64,000 nucleotides of DNA from the human T2T-CHM13v2.0 reference genome, Homo sapiens. Numbering within the stretch: position 1 is the stretch's first letter; every line of letters begins with the position of its first letter. Shown piece after piece: positions 53,850-64,000 of the stretch. The notes under the pieces are model-generated. The model was given only the letters and a program-made list of their open reading frames with translations, had not been told where the DNA came from and did no database searches. The stretch lies in assembly GCF_009914755.1 (NCBI RefSeq), contig NC_060931.1. The stretch is one strand, 5' to 3'. The translations under genes were made by a program, and so were the position numbers.

Positions 53850-54619
53850 AAACACTGGAGAGTCCCCAAAGACATTCCTGCCTATTTCCCCCTCTAAATT
53901 CTAGACTGTCAAGTAGCTGGTGAGACAGCTAAGCGGTCAGATAAGTTGATGAACCATTTTCTTCTAATTTAGCAAAGTTCAGTGGTGACCTTGAGATAAG
54001 TAGTATTAGTAGATTAGTAGAGGACCAAAGCTTGATTGGAATGGATTTAATAGCAATTGAAAAGAGAAGTTGAAATAGAGATTAGGTATTTTTGTTGAGG
54101 TATTTTGTGGGGGCAGCAAACAAATGCTGGCAGGCAGGAGAAGTGGGGCCAATAACATTCACATTATTGAGAATTATTACTGCATATAACTGAAATTGTA
54201 GTCTACCTGACCATAAACGATTGCCCAAGAATGGGTCACCAACAAAGGTGAGTCAATGTATAGACTGACAATGGCAAATAATTATCTGGTATGAAAGAAG
54301 TGACTTGCAGAGATGATGGCAGTAATTGGACCAATCTTAGAGTCTTTCCAAAAGCATTTGAATCAGAAACATTGAACCAGAAATAGTTGAGATGCTGGTA
54401 GAAACAGAAAAGGCTCAAAAACATACTAAGTCAAACAGAATCAGATAATATAACTTAATGATTTTTAATAGCAGTTCACAGTGACTAGAAGAATCAACAA
54501 AATCCCATTTTTACCAAGTAGACTCTAGGCTGTCTCAGTCACCTTAGCAATGGTGGATTCTAAAGAACTGCTCAGATTTTGTGAGACTCAATTTCAAATT
54601 TCTTACCGTGTTTTCCTGA

Positions 54620-56030
54620 ATTTACTATTTAAAAGGCAATGCATTCACATGGTGCACAATCCCAAGGGTGCAACAGGATTTACAGTAAAAATCTTCCTGC
54701 TGCCCCCACTCCCAAGTACCTAGTTTTTCACTCTGAGGCAACAGCTTATCAGTGGTCTGCATACACTTCTAGAGTAATTGTGTGTATTAAACCGATACGT
54801 GTATAAAAGTATGTATGGGTGTATATGTGCCCACATGAACATGCTTTTATCAAAAAACATGGAAATTAATTTATGCCAGTGCATAAAAAACTTCCTCATT
54901 ATTTTCTTTAGCAGTGGATGCAACATGGTGTAACCATGTCCCATCTTGATGGACATGGGATTATTTCCTATCTTTGGCTTTTTTACATAAAACTGCAGTG
55001 AGGAACTTTACATCCAAGTCGTTTTGCATGCACAAAGTTTATCTACATAATGTATTTCAGAAGTTAAATTCCAGAATTAAATGAGCAGGTGTTTATAACT
55101 CTGACAGATGTTGCCAAATGACTTTCCACAGTGGTTGTAAAAAGTTACATTTCTATGAAAGTTGTTTCCCCACATCCTAGAAAACAGAGTTCACGATCAA
55201 ATAGTATTTTTAAGTATTTGCCTATCAAAAGGTAATATGTATCTCAATATAGGTTTAAATCATAATTATCTTATTATGAGAGCAGCTAGGAATATTTTCA
55301 CATACTTAAGAGCCACTCCTATTTTATGTTTATAAAATATTTATATCTTCTTTGGGTTGTTGATCATTTTCCTTATCAAGTGTAGTGCCCCTTTCTATGA
55401 GACAGAAATTAGCTTTTTGTCTAATATTCATTGTAAATACTTTTAAACTGTTTTCTCTTTGTTTGTATTTCTTCATGATGCATTTTTCTGTGAAAGAAGA
55501 TTTCACATGTGTGTCTGTGTACATGTGTGCACGCTTGGTAGTTGAATTTGTTAAAATGTTTCTTTAATATGACTTCCAGGTTATGTGTAATATCTAGAAA
55601 GGTCTTTCTTATGCAAAATTATAAAACAATTATTTTCCATTTTAAAAACACTTCTATTTACCTTTTTTATAGTTAAATCTCTAATTCATTTTTAAATAAC
55701 CAGTGTCTAAGATGTGAAAAGCTAATCTAATTTATCTGATTTTTTCTTCTTTCCCAGAATGAATATCTAGTTTTCCCAATACTCATTAAATTCAATATTT
55801 CCAACTGATTTGAAATATTTTGTTTATCATATACTAAATTTTGATATTTTCAGAACTCTCTCTTCAGTTTTTATTTGGTTCCATTTAATTTGTTCATTCA
55901 TTGGTAATAAACTGTCTTAACTTGTGTAACTAATTCATGTATATTAATATAACTTTATAATATATTTAGTCCTCTCATTTCATTTATTATAGCTAATTTT
56001 TTAACATGAAATTTAGAATCTCAACTGTGC
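54620..56030 (-). mobile_element. Old L1ME-like fragment
   Basis: Antisense 3'-end motifs (ttgatggacatgggattatttcc, tgccaaatgactttccacagtggttgta, tctagttttcccaatac). Confidence 0.7.
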
Positions 56031-56119
56031 ATTATGGATCAGCTCCATTTCCTAACCAAGGAATAAAAGTTTAGTAATGACACATCTATGAGAAAAACTT
56101 GCTCAAATATTTATGTTTC

Positions 56120-56295
56120 TTCTCTCTCTCCCTCTATATATATATAAAGATATATATATAGTTGATATATATATGGTTGACATATATATAGTTTGTATCT
56201 ATCTATCTATCTGTCTATCTATCTATCTCTCTATCGATAGATAGATATCTTTCTATCTATCTATCGATAGATAGATAGATATCTTTCTGTCTCTC
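56120..56295. repeat. (TC)/(TA)/(TATC)/(GATA) compound repeat with internal palindromes
   Basis: tatctatctatcgatagatagata, with a duplicated unit ending in gatatctttct. Confidence 0.9.
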
Positions 56296-56341
56296 AGCAA
56301 TGGTAAGCTCTCTCCTTTCCCTGGCTCCAAAGTTCTCAGTT

Positions 56342-56847
56342 TGATACAGTTTTGGTATTTGTCTCCACCCAAATCTCATGTTGGATTACAATCCCCAGTG
56401 CTGAAGGCAGGGGATGGTTGAAAGCGTTTGGATCCTGGGGGTGGATCTCTCATGGCTTGGTGCTGTCTTCGTGATAGTGTGTGAGTTCTTGGTCATTTAA
56501 AAGGGTGTGGCACCTCCCCACCCCCACTCTCTTTGTCCATTACGCCTGCTTTTGCCAAGTGACACGCCCACATCCTAGAAAACAGAGGTCATTATTAAAC
56601 AATATTTTTAAATATTTGCCTATCAAAAAGCAATATGTACATCATTATAGTTTTAAATCATAATTCTCAATAAATTCCACCATGATTGTGATTGTAAGCT
56701 TCCTGAGGCCTCCCTAGAGGCTGAGCAGATGCTGGCACAGTGCCAGCAGTAAAGCCTGCAGAACCATGAACCAATTAAATATCTTTATAAATTACCCAGT
56801 CTCAGGTATTTTCTTTACAGCATTGCGTGAACAAACTAATTAATACA
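56342..56847 (+). mobile_element. MSTA-like 5' LTR containing a foreign ~100-bp insert
   Basis: tgatacagtt...cccaaatctcatgttg...aagcttcctgaggcctccc...aattacccagtctcaggtatt...taataca. Confidence 0.88.
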
Positions 56848-56925
56848 TAATATTTGTACCGAGAAGTGGGGCATTGCTGTGAAGATACCTGAAAATGTGG
56901 AAGTGACTGAAATTAGGTAACAAGC
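56848..56925 (+). mobile_element. Start of MST internal sequence
   Basis: gtaccgagaagtggggcattgctgtgaagatacctgaaaatgtggaag directly after the LTR. Confidence 0.8.
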
Positions 56926-57318
56926 TGAAGAAGCAAATGCAAGGGGTTTGAGTCAACAGGAAAACTCTGCGGAATTCTTTAAAGACATCGATGTGACTAG
57001 TTGTACAACACCTATGATGGAAGAGTAGAAGGTAAGGCTGGAGAAATAAACAGAACAGTTTTGAGAGCCTTCAATAACATAATTTATCAGAGAAGTACTC
57101 TTTTTTTTTTTTTGTATATACTTTAAGTTCTAGGGTACATGTGCACAACCTGCAGGTTTGTTACATATGTATACGTATGCCACGTTGGTTTGCTGCACCC
57201 ATTAACTCGTCATTTACATTAGGTATTTCTCCTAATGCTATCCCTTCCACATCCCCCCATCCCACAACAGGCCCCAGTGGGTGATGTTCCCTGCCCTGTG
57301 TCCAAGTGTTCTCATTGT

Positions 57319-61109
<3,791 letters not shown>

Positions 61110-61172
61110 TATGATGTTAGCTGGTTGTTTTGCCCGTTAGTTGATGCAGTTTCTTCCTAGCATCGATGGTCT

Positions 61173-62196
61173 TTACAATTTGGCATGTTATTGCAGTGGC
61201 TGGTACCAGTTGTTCCTTTTCATGTTTAGTGCTTCCTTCAGGAGCTCTAGTAAGGCAGGCCTGGTGGTGACAAAATCTCTCAGCATTTGCTTGTCTGTAA
61301 AGGATTTTATTTCTCCTTCACTTATGAAGCTTAGTTTGGCTGGATGTGAAATTCTGGGTGGAAAATTCTTTTCTTTGAGAATGTTGAATATCGGCCCCCA
61401 CTCTCTTCTGGCTTGTAGAGTTTCTGCCGAGAGATCAGCTGTTAGTCTGATGGACTTCCCGTTGTGGGTAACCTGATCTTTCTCTCTGGCCGCCCTTAAC
61501 ATTTTTTCCTTCATTTCAACCTTGGTGAATCTGACAGTTTTGTGTCTTGGGGTTGCTCTTCTCAAGGAGTATCTTTGTGGTGGTCTCTGTATTTCCTGAA
61601 TTTGAATGTTGGCCTGCCTTGCTAGATTGGGGAAGCTCTCCTGGATAATATCCTGCAGAGTGTTTTCCAACTTGATTCCTTTCTCCCCGTCACTTTCAGG
61701 TATACCAATCAAATGATTTGGTCTTTTCACATAGTCCCATATTTCTTGGAGGCTTTGTTCATTACTTTTTTACTCTTTTTTCTCTAAACTTCTCTTCTTG
61801 CTTCATTTCATTAATTTGATCTTCAGTCACTGATACTCTTTCTTCCACTTGATCGAATCGGCTACTGAAGTTTGTGCATGTGTCACGTAGTTCTCGTGCC
61901 ATGGTTTTCAGCTCCAGCAGGTCATTTAAGCTCTTCTCTACACTGTTTATTCTAGTTAGCCATTTGTCTAATCATTTTTCAAGGTTTGTAGCTTTCTTGC
62001 TATGGGTTCCAACATCCTCCTTTAGCTCAGAGAAGTTTGTTATTGCTGATCTTCTGAAGCCTACTTCTGTCAACTTATCAAAGTCATTCTCCATCCAGCT
62101 TTGTTCCTTTGCTGGCGAGGAGCTGCAATCCTCTGGAGCAGAAGAGGCACTCTGCTTTTTAGAATTTTCAGCTTTTTTGCTCTGGTTTGTCCCCAT
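61173..62196 (-). pseudogene. L1 ORF1, fragmented
   Basis: MGTNQSKKAENSK... and LENTLQDIIQE...ARREWGPIFNILKE fragments. Confidence 0.92.
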
Positions 62197-62786
62197 CTTT
62201 GTGGTTTTATCTACCTTTACTGTTTGATGATGGTGACCTACAGTTGGAGTTTTGGTGTGGATGTCCTTTCTGTTGATGTTGATACTATTCCTTTCTGTTT
62301 GTTAGTTTTACTTCTAATAGTCAGGTCCCTCAGCTGCAGGTCTGTTGGAGTTTGCTGGAGGTCCACTCCAGACCCTGTTTGCCTGGGTACTACCAGCGGA
62401 GGCTGCAGAACAGCACAGCAAATATTGGGCTGCCTGATCCTTCCTCTGGAAGCTTTGTCTCAGAGGGGCACCCGGCTTTATGAGCTGTCAGTCAGCCCCT
62501 ACTGGGAGGTGTCTCCCAGTTAGGCTACACAGGGGTTAGGGACCCACTTAAGGAAGCAGTCTGTCCGTTCTCAGAGCTCAAACACCATGCTGGGAGAACC
62601 ACTGCTCTCTTCAGAGCTATCAGACAGGGACGTTTAAGTCTGTAGAAGTTTCTGCTGCCTTTTGTTCAGCTATGCCCTGCCCCCAGAGGTGGAGTCTACA
62701 AAGGCAGGCAGGCCTCCTTGAGCTGCAGTGGGCTCCGCCCTGTTCAAGCTTCCAGGCCACTTTGTTTACCTACTTAAGCCTCAGCT

Positions 62787-62927
62787 ATGGCGGACACCCT
62801 TCCCCCAGCCAGGCTGCTGCCTTGCAATTTGATCTCAGACTGCCACGCTAGCCTTGAGCAAGGCTCGTGGGCATGGGACCCACTAAGCCAGGCACGGGAT
62901 ATACTCTCCTGGTGTGCCATTTGCTAA
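62787..62927 (+). pseudogene. L1 ORF0 homolog; ATG intact but frameshifted (46 codons)
   Basis: ATG GCG GAC ACC...MADTLPPARLLPCNLISDCHASLEQGS, then out of frame; the ORF0-like remainder is in ORF 62867-63118. Confidence 0.65.
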
Positions 62928-63494
62928 GACTGTTGGAAAAGCACAGTATTGGGGTGGCAATGTCCCGATTTTCCAGGTACAGTCTGTCATGGATTCCCTT
63001 GGCTAGGAAAGGGAAATCCCTCAAACCCTTGGACTTCCTGGGTGAGGTGATGCCTCGCCCTGCTTTGGCTTGCCCTCTGTGGGCTGCACCCACTGTCCAA
63101 CCAGTCCCAATGAAATGAATCAGGTACCTCAGTTAGAAATGCAGAAATCACCTGTCTTCTGCATTGATCATGTTGGGAGCCGCAGACCAAAGCTGTTCCT
63201 GTTTGGCCATCTTGGAAAGGACCCCCCAGAGAAGTACTCTTATTATGCACTGTATTCTATGTCCGACTAATTCCCTTTGGTTGCCACACATAAAACTTAC
63301 TAGTGTGTGCGGTGGGTTACAGTTTAAAATTATCTTCACATGCTTCTTACCATTAATTCTCAAAACAACCATATTTTATGTAAGAATAAACTATCTTAGA
63401 GAGGCTAAGGTACGTAGTTTTCTAGTAACTGATAATGGCAGGATTTGAACACAAATCTTCTGGATACCAAATCCCCATTGCACTTGTGTTTCCC

Positions 63495-64000
63495 AAGAAT
63501 GCTTGGCTCATTGTGTTCATTTCCTAGGGATCTGTGAGAATTTAAACTTCACAGATAATTTAGGGTATCTGGTGGAAAAAAATTCTAAGAACCAAAACAT
63601 TTCAATGTGACTTGGTTGCTTCTAACAACCTAACTTCAGATGAGGGTACAAATAAATAACTTAAAGTTGAAACTTATATTTAAAAGGGAAGCAGAGCATA
63701 AAAGTTTAGAAAATTTACAGCCTGGTCATGTGGCAGAGAAAGAAAAAGCTTTTACTGGAGCAACCATTTGCTAGAGAAAGTTGCATAACTAAAAGGGAGC
63801 CAAGTGCTGATAGCCAAGATGATAGGAAAAAGGCCTTGAAGGCATTTCAGAGACCTTTGCAGCAGCCCCTCTCATCACAGTCCTGAATGCCTAGGAGGGA
63901 AGAATGGTTTTGTGGGACAGGCCTAGGGCCTTGCTTCCCTGCACAGTCTCAGGACAATGTTCCCTACATCCTGGCTGTTCCAGATCCAGCCTTGGCTCAA
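63495..64000 (+). mobile_element. MST internal sequence, continues past window edge
   Basis: cttggctcattgtg...cctagggatctgtg...tttagggtatctggtgg...aaggcatttcagagacctttgcagcagcccctc. Confidence 0.85.

Overview
Primate (human-like), AT-rich, repeat-dense non-coding DNA. No host protein-coding exon, RNA gene or CRISPR array can be supported. Every long ORF is a broken L1 ORF1/ORF2/ORF0 fragment, an Alu read-through or a microsatellite translation. Contents: two full-length but dead L1PA elements on the minus strand with clear TSDs (9007-15114, L1PA4/5-like; 57103-63226, L1PA6/7-like), a ~4.8 kb L1MA2-like element, a near full-length Tigger1, MaLR LTRs (THE1/MST), 12 Alus, and old L2/MIR/L1M/MER fragments. 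The most interesting signals are fossil mechanisms of DNA copying. (1) A tandem L1 composite at 4281-6996, in which a younger L1 appears to carry an ~0.8 kb 3' transduction with its own AATAAA and poly(A), and is 5'-truncated at exactly the same base as the older L1 beside it. (2) A 41-bp patch inside the L1MA2 stitched exactly from two sites of the same element 1.1-1.4 kb away. (3) Two templated or captured inserts inside one MST element. (4) Fold-back and quasi-palindrome template-switch junctions. I found no evidence for a new gene-encoded system. Subfamily calls come from remembered consensus features and need RepeatMasker/Dfam confirmation.
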